Assembly (NCBI GenBank): GCA_009693255.1
Contig: SHXQ01000008.1
Coordinates: 556-64,555 of the forward strand
From: Methylotenera sp.
GTDB lineage: Bacteria > Pseudomonadota > Gammaproteobacteria > Burkholderiales > Methylophilaceae
Reading direction: 5' to 3'
Length of the DNA stretch: 64,000 bases
Shown: positions 12,049-22,951 of the stretch, piece by piece
Position numbering within the stretch: position 1 is the first letter of the stretch
Layout of the letters: every line of letters begins with the position of its first letter
Position numbers and translations under genes: made by a program
The notes under the pieces: model-generated
What the model was told of the DNA's origin: nothing
Database searches by the model: none
The model's input: only the letters and a program-made list of their open reading frames with translations

Positions 12049-12936
12049 TTAGCGCATAATTTTCCCTATAATCTCATCCAACTGGTCTAAATTTGCATAA
12101 TTAATTTTCAGTGTGCCTGCTCCGTTAACGCCACCTTTAATGCTCACGGTCGCGCCCAATTTATCACTTAATGTTTCCTGCAGCCTTAAAACGTCATGAT
12201 TAATAGGGGTTTCGTGCTCAGATCTTTGCGCCTCTTTTTGTGCTGATTGGGGCGTTTGCGCATGATGCTTTTTAACCAAATTCTCGGCATCGCGTACTGA
12301 AAAATTATTTTGCATAATTTCTTCAGCCAACATCACTTGCTGTGCGCCACTCAAACCAATTAAGGTCCGTGCATGGCCCATGTCTATTTTTCCTTGCATC
12401 AGCATGTCTTGCACTGGGGCACATAAACTTAGCAAGCGCAATAAGTTAGAAACAGCGACCCGTGAACGGCCAACCGCTAACGCTGCCTTTTCATGGGTCA
12501 TGGCAAATTCGTCAATAAGCCGCTTAATACCTTGCGCTTCCTCTAATGGGTTTAAGTTTTCCCGCTGGATATTCTCAATGAGCGCCATTACTAGCGCCGC
12601 CTCATCGGCAATTTCTCGCACAAGTACCGGCACGTCTTCCAGACCAGCTATTTGACTGGCACGCCAACGGCGCTCACCGGCAATGATTTCATAATGCTCA
12701 TCATCAATGTGGCGCACCAAAATTGGCTGCAGAATGCCCTGTGTCTTAATTGAGGCAGCCAGTGTCTGCAAAGCATCATCATCCATATAGCTGCGTGGCT
12801 GATATTTACCAGGGCGCAATTGTTCCACTTTGAGCATCAACAGCGAATCCGCCTCGCCCACTGTGCCCATATCGCCCGCCAATAGCGAGTCTAGGCCTCG
12901 ACCCAAGCCTCTATTTAAGCCCTTTAAATTAGCCAT
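12049..12936 (-). CDS. parB: Chromosome partitioning protein ParB
   Basis: GLGRGL, YEIIAGERRWRA, ENIQRENL. Confidence 0.98.
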   Translation of the reverse strand: MANLKGLNRGLGRGLDSLLAGDMGTVGEADSLLMLKVEQLRPGKYQPRSYMDDDALQTLAASIKTQGILQPILVRHIDDEHYEIIAGERRWRASQIAGLEDVPVLVREIADEAALVMALIENIQRENLNPLEEAQGIKRLIDEFAMTHEKAALAVGRSRVAVSNLLRLLSLCAPVQDMLMQGKIDMGHARTLIGLSGAQQVMLAEEIMQNNFSVRDAENLVKKHHAQTPQSAQKEAQRSEHETPINHDVLRLQETLSDKLGATVSIKGGVNGAGTLKINYANLDQLDEIIGKIMR

Positions 12937-13729
12937 GTTTTTTCTCTTTGCCTATATTTTCTTTATCGGTAATTTCTTTCGCCAGTTCCATATAAGCCTG
13001 CGCGCCCTTTGAGCTTTTATCGTAGCTCAACACCGGCACACCATAGCTAGGCGCTTCGGCTAAACGAATATTCCGCGGAATAATTGTTTTATAAACTTTA
13101 TCGCCAAAATGACTGATGAGTTGCGCGGATACCTGCTGCGCGAGCATATTACGACTGTCAAACATGGTGCGAAGCAAACCTTCAATCTCAAGCGTAGGAT
13201 TTAAACGCGCACGCACTTTTTTAATGGTGTTGACCAAATCAGATAACCCTTCCAAGGCGTAATACTCACATTGCATCGGGATCATCACTGCGTTAGATGC
13301 GGTGAGCGCATTAACCGTCACTAGATTTAAAGCTGGTGGGCAATCAAACAGTACGTAATCATATGACATGTTACCATCTGCATTCACTAACTTGGCTAGC
13401 GCTACTTTTAGCCGGTTCTCACGTGCCAACTCATTCACCAACTCAACTTCAGCGCCAGCCAAATCTCGATTAGACGGCGCAATATCAAAACCGCCTTTTT
13501 CGCTGGTTAAAATCACCTCTTTTAACGACTTTTCACCAATGAGCACATGATAAATACTGTGCTTGAGATGCACTTTATCAACGCCGCTACCGGTACTAGC
13601 GTTGCCTTGTGGATCAAGATCTATCAACAACACGCTTTTGCCTAAACTTGCCAAACTAGCGGCCAGGTTGACGCAAGTCGTGGTTTTTCCCACACCGCCT
13701 TTTTGATTGGTGATTGCTAAAATTTTCAT
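12929..13729 (-). CDS. parA: Chromosome partitioning ATPase ParA/Soj
   Basis: NQKGGVGKTTT deviant Walker A, DLDPQGNA. Confidence 0.98.
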   Translation of the reverse strand: MKILAITNQKGGVGKTTTCVNLAASLASLGKSVLLIDLDPQGNASTGSGVDKVHLKHSIYHVLIGEKSLKEVILTSEKGGFDIAPSNRDLAGAEVELVNELARENRLKVALAKLVNADGNMSYDYVLFDCPPALNLVTVNALTASNAVMIPMQCEYYALEGLSDLVNTIKKVRARLNPTLEIEGLLRTMFDSRNMLAQQVSAQLISHFGDKVYKTIIPRNIRLAEAPSYGVPVLSYDKSSKGAQAYMELAKEITDKENIGKEKKHG

Positions 13730-13753
13730 GTTATATTTTTATATCTATTGAAT

Positions 13754-14443
13754 TTACAATACACTAAGGTTTAAAAAAACAAGATGCCGCTTCGCATCTA
13801 AACCCGCTACTTTTAACACTTCAATTTTACTCAGTTGAATGCCGCCACTTTTTAAGCACAAGGCTTTAAATGCCTGATTTGCAAACTCATGCTCCGGCAC
13901 AATACCTTTCATGGCTAACCAGCAACCCTTTTCTGCAAGCAAGTGCTTTGTAAGCTTAACAAATAGGCCAATTTCAGAAAATGCTCGTGAAATAATCACA
14001 TCAAACCCTGCGTCGGTATTAAAATTTTTTCTTTCTAGCGTCTCTACTCGCCCAGCTTCTATATGAAAATTACTTAAGCCTAGCTCGCCTTTTACTTGCC
14101 GCATAAAACTAGTCTTTTTTTGTACAGAATCAATCGCCGTCACTTGCAATTCAGGTAAACAAATCGCTAATGGAATGCTAGGCAAGCCAGCACCAGCACC
14201 AACATCTAGTAAATTCTTTACTGCTAGCGCCTCTACATGCGGCAACACACTCAGGCTATCTAACAAATGTAGCGTCACCATTTCCAGTGGGTCACGTACC
14301 GCAGTTAGGTTATGCACCTTGTTCCATTTATCAATGAGCATCAAATAAGCAATCAAACTCACTTGCTTTTCAGCGCTAATTAGCAAGCCCATTGCTAACA
14401 AGCCATCCTCTAGCTTGGCTTGCAGCGCACTTTTTGTGGTCAT
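13754..14443 (-). CDS. rsmG: 16S rRNA m7G527 methyltransferase
   Basis: [23 protein letters not shown]. Confidence 0.97.
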   Translation of the reverse strand: MTTKSALQAKLEDGLLAMGLLISAEKQVSLIAYLMLIDKWNKVHNLTAVRDPLEMVTLHLLDSLSVLPHVEALAVKNLLDVGAGAGLPSIPLAICLPELQVTAIDSVQKKTSFMRQVKGELGLSNFHIEAGRVETLERKNFNTDAGFDVIISRAFSEIGLFVKLTKHLLAEKGCWLAMKGIVPEHEFANQAFKALCLKSGGIQLSKIEVLKVAGLDAKRHLVFLNLSVL

Positions 14444-16338
14444 TCCGCATGCTCTGTTGGCTTGCTACGCGATTTACGCTTTAAATACACCAATAATAAT
14501 GAAATTGCTGCAGGCGTAATGCCAGAAATACGACTAGCCTGACCTATGGTTTCTGGTTTTTGTGCATTCAACTTCTGTTGTGCTTCTATAGGTAAACCAT
14601 GAATCTCACGGTAATCTATATCGCTAGGCAATTTTGTATTCTCTTGACCACGACTGCGCTCTACTTCATCCGTTTGGCGGTCTATATAACCTTGGTATTT
14701 AGCGGCAATTTCTACTTGCTCACGCACTGCCGGCTCAACTGCGCCAAGGCCCGCCTCACCTAGTGATAATAAGGCCTCATAGCTCACTTCAGGGCGGCGC
14801 AACAATTCAAATAAGCTATATTCATGCTCCAATGGTTTGCCAAACATTGCCACCATTTTATCAGCCGGCAAATTTGCCGGTTGCACAAAGGTTTTTTTAA
14901 GTCGCTCTTGTTCACAGCTTACCGCGTCCAGCTTACGGCTAAATGCCTCCCAGCGAGCATCGTCTACCAAGCCTAGCTTGCGACCCATTTCGGTGAGACG
15001 CATATCGGCGTTATCTTCTCTAAGTTGAAGCCTATACTCGGCCCGGCTGGTAAACATGCGGTAGGGTTCTGTGACGCCGCGTGTGATTAAATCATCCACC
15101 AGCACCCCCAAGTACGCCTCATCACGCGCTGGGCACCAAGATTCCTTGCCTTGTGCATACAGTGCAGCGTTCGCGCCAGCCAGTAAACCCTGCGCGGCGG
15201 CCTCTTCGTAGCCCGTTGTGCCGTTAATTTGTCCGGCAAAAAATAAGCCTTGTACCGCCTTGGTTTCTAGCGAGCTTTTTAGGCCGCGTGGATCATAATA
15301 ATCGTACTCGATGGCATATCCTGGGCGCAAAATATGCGCATTTTCTAGCCCTTTAATTGAACGCACCAGCGCCAATTGAATATCAAATGGCAAGCTAGTG
15401 GAAATACCATTTGGATAGACTTCATTGGTGGTTAAGCCTTCAGGCTCTAAAAATATTTGATGCGAATCTTTATCCGCAAATCTGTGAATTTTATCTTCCA
15501 CACTGGGACAGTAGCGCGGACCCACCCCCTCAATCACGCCCGTATACATAGGCGAGCGATCTAAACCGCTACGAATGATGTCATGCGTGCGCTCATTAGT
15601 GTGGGTAATCCAACAGGGCAATTGGGGGGGGTGCTGCGCCGCATTGCCTAAAAATGAAAATACTGGCACCGGATTATCTCCCGGCTGAATTGTCATCACA
15701 GTATAATCAACGGTACGGCCATCAATACGTGGCGGCGTTCCTGTTTTTAGCCTACCCGCTGGTAAACCAATTTCACGCAAGCGTGCGGCTAAAGAAATGG
15801 CCGGAGGATCGCCAGCACGGCCGGCACTATAATTCTGCATACCAACATGCACCAAACCACCTAAAAATGTACCGGCAGTGAGCACCACAGACTTTGAATT
15901 AAATCGCAAACCAATTTGCGTCACGACGCCCGCAGCTCGGCCTCCATCTAATATGATATCATCCACCGCCTGCTGAAACAGCCAAAGATTAGGCTGGTTT
16001 TCTAAGCGCCGCCTAATTGCCGCCTTATACAGTACACGGTCCGCTTGCGCACGCGTAGCGCGTACGGCAGGTCCTTTGCTAGAATTTAATATGCGAAACT
16101 GAATACCGCCTTCGTCCGTTGCGGCCGCCATTGCTCCACCAAGTGCGTCAACCTCTTTAACCAAATGCCCTTTACCGATGCCGCCTATGCTTGGGTTGCA
16201 TGACATTTGGCCTAAAGTTTCGATGTTATGTGTAAGCAACAGGGTCTTTTGCCCCATTCTGGCGCTTGCAAGCGCCGCTTCAGTGCCGGCGTGACCCCCT
16301 CCAACCACAATTACATCAAAAATATCAGGAAAATTCAT
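14440..16338 (-). CDS. mnmG: tRNA uridine-5-carboxymethylaminomethyl modification enzyme GidA
   Basis: [33 protein letters not shown]. Confidence 0.99.
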   Translation of the reverse strand: MNFPDIFDVIVVGGGHAGTEAALASARMGQKTLLLTHNIETLGQMSCNPSIGGIGKGHLVKEVDALGGAMAAATDEGGIQFRILNSSKGPAVRATRAQADRVLYKAAIRRRLENQPNLWLFQQAVDDIILDGGRAAGVVTQIGLRFNSKSVVLTAGTFLGGLVHVGMQNYSAGRAGDPPAISLAARLREIGLPAGRLKTGTPPRIDGRTVDYTVMTIQPGDNPVPVFSFLGNAAQHPPQLPCWITHTNERTHDIIRSGLDRSPMYTGVIEGVGPRYCPSVEDKIHRFADKDSHQIFLEPEGLTTNEVYPNGISTSLPFDIQLALVRSIKGLENAHILRPGYAIEYDYYDPRGLKSSLETKAVQGLFFAGQINGTTGYEEAAAQGLLAGANAALYAQGKESWCPARDEAYLGVLVDDLITRGVTEPYRMFTSRAEYRLQLREDNADMRLTEMGRKLGLVDDARWEAFSRKLDAVSCEQERLKKTFVQPANLPADKMVAMFGKPLEHEYSLFELLRRPEVSYEALLSLGEAGLGAVEPAVREQVEIAAKYQGYIDRQTDEVERSRGQENTKLPSDIDYREIHGLPIEAQQKLNAQKPETIGQASRISGITPAAISLLLVYLKRKSRSKPTEHAE

Positions 16339-16533
16339 GTGTTTAAGCTTAGCCTTCAGTAACCTAGCGCGGATTTGGCAATCTATTGCGCAAAGGACTA
16401 GATTTTACTTTAATAGCGGCTATTAGTCATGCAAAAGCAGGCGCTTTAGTGAATTAAGACTGCACTAGTTAAGCGAAAGCATTACTTTTACAATCCGCAC
16501 ACAACTTCTTGACACACTTGGCAGAAAATTAGC

Positions 16534-16575
16534 TTGATAAAAATTAAAGCAAAATGCATCAAACTGCTTTATTAT
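16534..16575 (+). promoter_or_regulatory. Putative FNR/DNR-type box and -10 element upstream of the cytochrome c gene
   Basis: TTGAT-AAAA-ATTAA at 16534-16547 (9/10 to TTGAT-N4-ATCAA) and TATTAT at 16570-16575. Confidence 0.5.
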
Positions 16576-16635
16576 GTCAAGTGGAGCATGGTTGTTTAGC
16601 AAGATTACTTTTTATTAATTAAGATGGAGCATCAA

Positions 16636-17079
16636 ATGAAGAAATTAAGTATCCTTTTAATCGCATTATTAGGCCTTACTGCCATTTCTGCACAGGCTAG
16701 CGTTGCCAATGCAGAAAAATTAATTATGATTTACACTACGCAAGCTAAAGGCGCCAACCCTGAGTACACCGGCCCTACTGTTGCCGATGGTAAGTTTTTT
16801 TTCAATCGCAAGATTAAACTTGGTAACGGTAAAGAAATGGCTTGTGCATCATGCCACACAGCAAACCCTGCCGATAACGGTAAGCATGCGGTCACACATA
16901 AAGTAATTCAACCATTATCGCCAGCAGTGAACGCCAAGCGCTTTGCTGACTTTGAAAAAGTGGAAGCGAAATTCACACAACACTGTACTGAAGTTATCGG
17001 TAGCGACTGTACTGCTGCAGAAAAAGCCAGCTACATCACTTATGTATTAACGGAAAAAACTGCTAGCCCTAAAAAATAA
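16636..17079 (+). CDS. Periplasmic monoheme cytochrome c'' / SHP-family (DUF1924) protein
   Basis: Signal peptide, CASCH heme motif, C-terminal HC-x7-C; ATG at 16636 follows a GGAG SD (track start 16624). Confidence 0.9.
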   Translation: MKKLSILLIALLGLTAISAQASVANAEKLIMIYTTQAKGANPEYTGPTVADGKFFFNRKIKLGNGKEMACASCHTANPADNGKHAVTHKVIQPLSPAVNAKRFADFEKVEAKFTQHCTEVIGSDCTAAEKASYITYVLTEKTASPKK

Positions 17080-17133
17080 TTTACAAATTTTCTAGCGCGC
17101 AAGGCTCTCGGGCATCGTCCTGAATTGACAAAT

Positions 17134-17167
17134 AAAAAGCAGTGTTTCACGTGAAACACTGCTTTTT
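17134..17167. promoter_or_regulatory. parS: parS site inside a 34-bp perfect palindrome (also terminator-like)
   Basis: TGTTTCACGTGAAACA at 17143-17158, extended to AAAAAGCAG...CTGCTTTTT. Confidence 0.92.
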
Positions 17168-17228
17168 TAACATCTTACTTTTGCATAGCCTGCTTACCGC
17201 CACTTCTTGCCACTTACTTTATAGCACA

Positions 17229-18578
17229 TTATTTACCAATACAAAATTTACCAAATATTTCACCCAGCAAATCATCCGGTGTAAACTTACCCGTAATACT
17301 GCTCAATGCTTCTTGTGCAATTCTCAATTCCTCGGCAAGCAACTCCGCCGAGTTTATTTTTGCCTGAGCAATTGCCAAATGCACATCGACTTTAAATAAC
17401 GCCTCCAAATGTCTGGCGCGCGCCATAAAAACACCCTCAGCATTATTTTCATATCCAGCAAGTTTTAGTAAATGACTTTTTAATAAATCTAAACCTGCAC
17501 CCGTTTTAGCTGAAAGGTAAATATGGGTGGCACCATCTTTTTCTTTAACTAAAGCCGGTTCATTGGCGACATCAATTTTATTGTGCACCCATATTTTGCG
17601 TATTTCTTGCGGCAAGCGCTCTAAAATCGATTTTTCAGTTTCAGTAATACCATGAGCTGCATCTATCAATAATAATGCGATATTGGCCGTTTGTGCAACT
17701 GCCCAAGTTCGAGCTATGCCGAACTTTTCTACCTCATCATCGGTTTCACGCAATCCTGCCGTATCAATCACATGCAAGGGCACGCCATTTATTTGAATAG
17801 CGTTTTTAATGGTATCGCGCGTAGTCCCGGCGATTGAGGTAACAATCGCGATTTCCTCGCCCGCTAACTGATTCATCAAGCTGGATTTTCCAACATTTGG
17901 CTGACCAACCAAAACGACATTAATGCCTTCGCGCAATAAGCTGCCTTGCTTCGCTTTGGTAAATACCGAATTTAATTCGGCTATAATTGCCGCTAATTTT
18001 TCTGCAACGCGGCCTTGTGTAATAAAGTCTATTTCTTCTTCTGGGAAATCTAAGCAGGCTTCTACGTACATGCGTAAATCAATCAACTTTAAAAGTAGCG
18101 TATTGATGCGCTGCGAGAATTCTCCAGATAATGAGCGTATCGCACTTTTGGCGGCTTCGGCGGTAGCGGCATTAATCACATCCGCTACCGCCTCGGCTTG
18201 GGCTAGATCAATTTTTTCATTCAAGTATGCGCGGCGTGTAAATTCGCCCGGTTCTGCTTGGCGCGCGCCCAATGCGATACAACGCGCTAACAAAATCTGC
18301 ATAAGCGCCGTACCGCCGTGCGCTTGTAACTCAAGCACATCTTCACCGGTATAAGAGTGGGGGTTAGGGTAGAAAATAGCAATGCCACGGTCTATAAGCT
18401 CACCATTGGACTGCTTAAAATCTAAATATGCGGCGTGACGTGGGGCGGGGCAGCTGCCCAACACGCCAGCGCCTATAAGGCTTGCTCTTGGGCCTGACAC
18501 CCTAACAATACCAATACCGCCAGCACCACTAGCTGTGGCGATGGCGGCGATAGTGTCTAGCGGTTTAGTGCTTGCCAC
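17229..18578 (-). CDS. mnmE: tRNA modification GTPase MnmE
   Basis: [24 protein letters not shown]-terminal FCIGK. Confidence 0.99.
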   Translation of the reverse strand: MASTKPLDTIAAIATASGAGGIGIVRVSGPRASLIGAGVLGSCPAPRHAAYLDFKQSNGELIDRGIAIFYPNPHSYTGEDVLELQAHGGTALMQILLARCIALGARQAEPGEFTRRAYLNEKIDLAQAEAVADVINAATAEAAKSAIRSLSGEFSQRINTLLLKLIDLRMYVEACLDFPEEEIDFITQGRVAEKLAAIIAELNSVFTKAKQGSLLREGINVVLVGQPNVGKSSLMNQLAGEEIAIVTSIAGTTRDTIKNAIQINGVPLHVIDTAGLRETDDEVEKFGIARTWAVAQTANIALLLIDAAHGITETEKSILERLPQEIRKIWVHNKIDVANEPALVKEKDGATHIYLSAKTGAGLDLLKSHLLKLAGYENNAEGVFMARARHLEALFKVDVHLAIAQAKINSAELLAEELRIAQEALSSITGKFTPDDLLGEIFGKFCIGK

Positions 18579-20202
18579 CTGATTTTTTTAACAAAGCTGC
18601 AGCATGGATAGTCTTATTCACATACCATTGTTGCCAGATTGAAATAATATTATTGATAACCCAATACAACACTAAGCCCGCAGGGAAGAAGAAGAAGAAC
18701 ACGCTAAATATCACCGGCATCCAGGTCATGACTTTGGCTTGGATGGGGTCGGTAGGTTTAGGATTTAACTTAGTTTGAATAATCATAGAAAGGCCCATGA
18801 TTATTGGCAGAATATAGTAGGGATCTACCGCTGAAAGATCTTGTATCCAACCAAAAAATGGTGCGTGGCGCAATTCAACCGAGCCCAATAACATCCAATA
18901 CAATGAAATAAATACTGGGATTTGGATCAAAATAGGTAAACAACCGCTCATCGGGTTGATTTTTTCTGTTTTATAAATGTCCATCATGGCCATTTGCATT
19001 TTTTGCCTATCATCACCAAATTTTTTCTTTAACACTTCTAAGCGAGGCGCCAGTTCGCGCATTTGCGCCATTGACCGGTAACTCTTGGCTGATAATGGGT
19101 AGAACGCCGCCTTAATCAACAATGTCAGTAGAATAATGGCTACGCCCCAGTTATTAACCAAGCTGTAAATTTTTGATAACGTCCAAAACAGCGGCGCCGC
19201 AACCACCGTTAACCAACCGTAATCAACAGTGTACTCTAAGCCAGGAGCCGTTTCACTTAAATCATGTTTCGTTTGCGGACCGGAGAATAAGCGTGCCGGA
19301 ACTGTTAAATTAGCGCCTGGCGCAATCGTATTTAATGTGCTTTTTGTACCGATTCTATACATATGTTCATTTAGTTTTTCTGTATAAAACTCGCGTGCTA
19401 AACCGTCTTTAGGAACCCATGCACTGACAAAATAGTGTTGCAATAGGCCTACCCAGCCATCAGTTGAAGTAACTTTTAGCGGCTCTTTAGCCATATCACT
19501 AAACGCAAGTTTTTTGAATTTAGTGGTTTCTGTAAAGTAAGAACCGCCAGTAAAACTTGGCATCATTTTAGAGCCTTGATTTGATTCATCATCATGCACA
19601 ATTTGATAATAAACTGTAGGCGTAATGGCTGATGGTGAACCATTCTTGATTTCATAATTCACGTCCATCACATATTTATTGCGATGAAAAGTGTAAACTT
19701 TATCTACCGCCACGCCATTACTGATTGAACTTAAACGTACCTCTAAGGCATCTTGCCCTTCTTGCATCTCATAATGAGTAGCAGCACTAGTAAATAGTGA
19801 TTTATGTGTTGGTAAGTCAGCGCCTAACAGGCCAGTTTGCGCCACATAGGTCATTGGTTTGCCGCCAGCATCGACTTCGCCTAATAAAATATAATTTGTC
19901 TTATCATTATCCGCAGCGCGTTGTTTAAGTAACTCTAATCTGCGCAAATCTCCACCAGTAGTTTCAATATCTGCTTTATACAAGTCAGTCGTAACACTAA
20001 TACGTTGCCCCACTTGTAATTTGTAGTCACTATCGACTGCCACAGCAGCCTGACTTACGCTACTAGCATTAGCGGCACTTGGGTTGGTTGCTGCCACTTG
20101 CTGTATGACGTCTACTGGCCCATGCTGGCGCTGCCAAGCATCCCATAACATCAAAATAGACATTGAAAAAATAACAAACAGTACTAAACGTCTTGTATCC
20201 AT
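18565..20202 (-). CDS. yidC: Membrane protein insertase YidC
   Basis: [25 protein letters not shown]. Confidence 0.99.
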   Translation of the reverse strand: MDTRRLVLFVIFSMSILMLWDAWQRQHGPVDVIQQVAATNPSAANASSVSQAAVAVDSDYKLQVGQRISVTTDLYKADIETTGGDLRRLELLKQRAADNDKTNYILLGEVDAGGKPMTYVAQTGLLGADLPTHKSLFTSAATHYEMQEGQDALEVRLSSISNGVAVDKVYTFHRNKYVMDVNYEIKNGSPSAITPTVYYQIVHDDESNQGSKMMPSFTGGSYFTETTKFKKLAFSDMAKEPLKVTSTDGWVGLLQHYFVSAWVPKDGLAREFYTEKLNEHMYRIGTKSTLNTIAPGANLTVPARLFSGPQTKHDLSETAPGLEYTVDYGWLTVVAAPLFWTLSKIYSLVNNWGVAIILLTLLIKAAFYPLSAKSYRSMAQMRELAPRLEVLKKKFGDDRQKMQMAMMDIYKTEKINPMSGCLPILIQIPVFISLYWMLLGSVELRHAPFFGWIQDLSAVDPYYILPIIMGLSMIIQTKLNPKPTDPIQAKVMTWMPVIFSVFFFFFPAGLVLYWVINNIISIWQQWYVNKTIHAAALLKKSGGKH

Positions 20203-20257
20203 GATTTTTAAGTTAATCTTTTATATAATTTAGAGGAATTCCTAGCCGCTTGAACGG

Positions 20258-20476
20258 TTAAGGAATGGGATCATGCCCGCCCGCATGCCACGGATGGCAA
20301 CGCAGCAAGCGACGAACAGTATAATAACTGCCGACTATAGCCCCATGCTTATTAATAACTTCTAGCGCGTACTGGGAACAGGTAGGGTAAAAGCGGCATT
20401 GCTGCCCAAACAATGGGCTAAGCAATACCTGGTAAAGTCTAATCATAGCCATTAATATGCGCGCCATTATATTCAT
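20258..20476 (-). CDS. yidD: Membrane protein insertion efficiency factor
   Basis: CRFYPTCSQYA...RLLRCHPW. Confidence 0.97.
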   Translation of the reverse strand: MNIMARILMAMIRLYQVLLSPLFGQQCRFYPTCSQYALEVINKHGAIVGSYYTVRRLLRCHPWHAGGHDPIP

Positions 20477-20498
20477 TGCTAGTCTTTAGAGGCTATCA

Positions 20499-20888
20499 TT
20501 AGTTGGCGTATTTATCTTTATATTGAACTTGTGCATTTACGCGCGCATTTAGTTTTTCAATTAAAGCACTAAATTCTTGATTAATTTTAATAAAATCAAT
20601 TTTACTAAACTCTTTTTGCACGCGGATAATTAAATCAACATGAGCAATTTCATGTTGATGTAGCCTAAAACATTCACGTAAAGCACGCCGCATATAATTC
20701 CTACTTACGGCTAATTTAGCGGTTTTTTTTCCTACCACCAAGCCCAATCGTGTGCGCTGCTGCGTATTTGGCTGGTAATGTATCACTAAATATGGCGTTG
20801 AAATACGTTTCCGAAAATTAAAAACGGATGAAAATTCATCCGTTTTAATCATCTTGGCTTGCTTAACAAGCCTATACGTTTGCATCAT
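20499..20888 (-). CDS. rnpA: Ribonuclease P protein component
   Basis: RLGLVVGKK..AVSRNYMRR; position after rpmH. Confidence 0.95.
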   Translation of the reverse strand: MMQTYRLVKQAKMIKTDEFSSVFNFRKRISTPYLVIHYQPNTQQRTRLGLVVGKKTAKLAVSRNYMRRALRECFRLHQHEIAHVDLIIRVQKEFSKIDFIKINQEFSALIEKLNARVNAQVQYKDKYAN

Positions 20889-20959
20889 TATCTATAGGAC
20901 TATAATAAACCAAGATCAATAATGTTGCGTTGTAATATAAAGCCCTAATGGGCATTATA

Positions 20960-21094
20960 TTACAGGCCTAGGCGTTTACGGCCTTTAGCACGGCGACGCG
21001 CAATTACAGCACGACCACCTTTAGTAGCCATGCGAACTAAAAAGCCATGGGTAGTAGCGCGACGTGTTTTAGACGGTTGATATGTACGTTTCAT
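20960..21094 (-). CDS. rpmH: 50S ribosomal protein L34
   Basis: Manual translation [44 protein letters not shown] (below the ORF-track cutoff). Confidence 0.98.
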   Translation of the reverse strand: MKRTYQPSKTRRATTHGFLVRMATKGGRAVIARRRAKGRKRLGL

Positions 21095-21131
21095 GTAATA
21101 CTCCAACAAGCAAAAAGCTATAAAGGGCGCT

Positions 21132-21161
21132 ATTAGACACGATAACCACCTATTTTGTCAA
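21132..21161 (-). promoter_or_regulatory. Putative sigma70 promoter of rpmH
   Basis: TTGACA-18 bp-TCTAAT followed by a GC-rich discriminator on the minus strand. Confidence 0.55.
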
Positions 21162-21194
21162 CGTTTATTTAGTTTTCTAAGCTAAGTAAATGCC

Positions 21195-21203
21195 TGTGGA
21201 TAA
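21195..21203 (-). promoter_or_regulatory. DnaA box upstream of dnaA
   Basis: TGTGGATAA, reverse complement of TTATCCACA. Confidence 0.85.
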
Positions 21204-21320
21204 GTTTAATTAAACCGGTTAAAATGACAGGATGTCTGCTTATAGACTATATCAATTTTATTGAATCTATTATTACAAATATATTCAATATAAATAAATA
21301 CTTAAGGTTAAAAACTGTAG

Positions 21321-22721
21321 ATGGAAAATTTCTGGCCTACTTGTCTTAGTCGTTTAGAGCAAGAGCTTTCAACACAGCAATTCAACACCTGGATTAAACC
21401 GCTCTACGCTGAGATAGAGGGTAATACGGTGCGCCTAGTTGCGCCCAATAGATTTGTAATGCAGTGGGTAAAAGAACGTTTTCTTAAAAAAATTGAGCAG
21501 TTAGCGCAAGAATTAAAGCTTGCTAATATTCAAATTGATTTTGTAATCTCTAATAGCGATTCCGGACAAGCCTCACATACTGCGGCTAAAGTAGCGCTTA
21601 ATGTTAATACTACTAGGGTTCAGAATTCTGAACCCTTAACTTCTCAACCCCCTACAACCCCAAAAGTTGCCATTAAAAAATTTAATGATGCTTCAAAAGT
21701 AAGTTCGGGGTTAAATGCTGCTTTTAACTTTGATAACTATGTCACTGGCCGCGCCAATCAGTTAGCGCGCGCAGCCGCAATACAGGTGGCAGAAAATCCA
21801 GGAACCTCCTATAACCCATTATTCATTTATGGGGGTGTGGGGTTAGGAAAAACGCATTTATTACAAGCCATTGGCAATAAACTAAAACAACAAAACCCAG
21901 ATGCGAAAATACGTTATTTACATGCGGAGCGCTATGTCAGTGATGTGGTAAAGGCTTATGAACACAAAGCTTTTGATGAATTTAAAAAACAATACCACTC
22001 ATTAGATTTATTATTAATTGATGATATTCAGTTTTTTGCAAAAAAAACACGGACTCAAGAAGAATTTTTTTACGCTTTTAACTCATTAATTGAGGCTAAG
22101 AAGCAAATTATAATTACTTGTGACACGTACCCAAAAGAAATTATAGATGTAGATGAGCGGCTTAGAACTCGTTTCAGTTGGGGTTTGACGGTTGCTGTAG
22201 AGCCGCCAGAACTTGAAATGCGGGTAGCCATATTACTTAAAAAGGCAGAAGCGGTAAATTTGCAATTACCTGAAGATGTGGCGTTTTTTATAGCTAAACA
22301 AATTCGCTCTAGTGTTAGGGAGTTGGAGGGTGCTTTAAATCGTATCATAGCAATGGCAAAATTTACTGGTCTTGCCATAGATGTACATTTAGCCAAAGAC
22401 GCCCTTCGTGATTTAATTGCTGTGCGTGGCAGGCAAGTGACTATAGAAAATATTCAAAAAACTGTTGCTGATTATTACAAAATTAAAGTGGGAGAAATGT
22501 ATAGTAAAAAACGAACGCGGAATTTTTCCCGGCCTCGGCAAATTGCTATGGCTTTGTCCCGCGAACTCACCAATCATAGTTTTCCTGAGATAGGTGAGGC
22601 GTTTGGTGGTCGTCACCATACAACAGTAATGCATGCTTGCGATGAAATTGATTTATTAAGGCAAAATGATCCTATTTTTACACGGGACATTGGGTTTTTA
22701 GTAGAAGTAATTAGGGGTTAA
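21321..22721 (+). CDS. dnaA: Chromosomal replication initiator DnaA
   Basis: YNPLFIYGGVGLGKTHLL, LLIDDIQF, GGRHHTTVMHA. Confidence 0.99.
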   Translation: MENFWPTCLSRLEQELSTQQFNTWIKPLYAEIEGNTVRLVAPNRFVMQWVKERFLKKIEQLAQELKLANIQIDFVISNSDSGQASHTAAKVALNVNTTRVQNSEPLTSQPPTTPKVAIKKFNDASKVSSGLNAAFNFDNYVTGRANQLARAAAIQVAENPGTSYNPLFIYGGVGLGKTHLLQAIGNKLKQQNPDAKIRYLHAERYVSDVVKAYEHKAFDEFKKQYHSLDLLLIDDIQFFAKKTRTQEEFFYAFNSLIEAKKQIIITCDTYPKEIIDVDERLRTRFSWGLTVAVEPPELEMRVAILLKKAEAVNLQLPEDVAFFIAKQIRSSVRELEGALNRIIAMAKFTGLAIDVHLAKDALRDLIAVRGRQVTIENIQKTVADYYKIKVGEMYSKKRTRNFSRPRQIAMALSRELTNHSFPEIGEAFGGRHHTTVMHACDEIDLLRQNDPIFTRDIGFLVEVIRG

Positions 22722-22951
22722 ATAGATGACCTGTAAAGTTAAGGATTTACTGTGGATAAATTGTGTGTAAGGTTGCATTTTTTTAATAGGCTACTTTTAT
22801 TCAACAATCCATCCACAGTAAAATATGCTTTTATTAAGAAAGAAATATTAAGATTAAGGTGCTGATTTTATTATAAAATAATCAGTTACCCGCAAAAAAA
22901 CACTCTATTATTATTGTTATTATTTATATATATATTATTTAGGTTATAAAG
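22722..22951. other. oriC: Probable oriC
   Basis: Perfect DnaA box 22751-22759, degenerate boxes at 22762, 22809 and 22886, IHF-like site 22855-22867, TAT triplet run and AT-rich tract ~22906-22940. Confidence 0.8.

Noticed and set aside
17142-17399. ORF beginning MFHVKH
   Set aside because: MFHVKH is simply the translation of the parS palindrome; it overlaps mnmE antisense.
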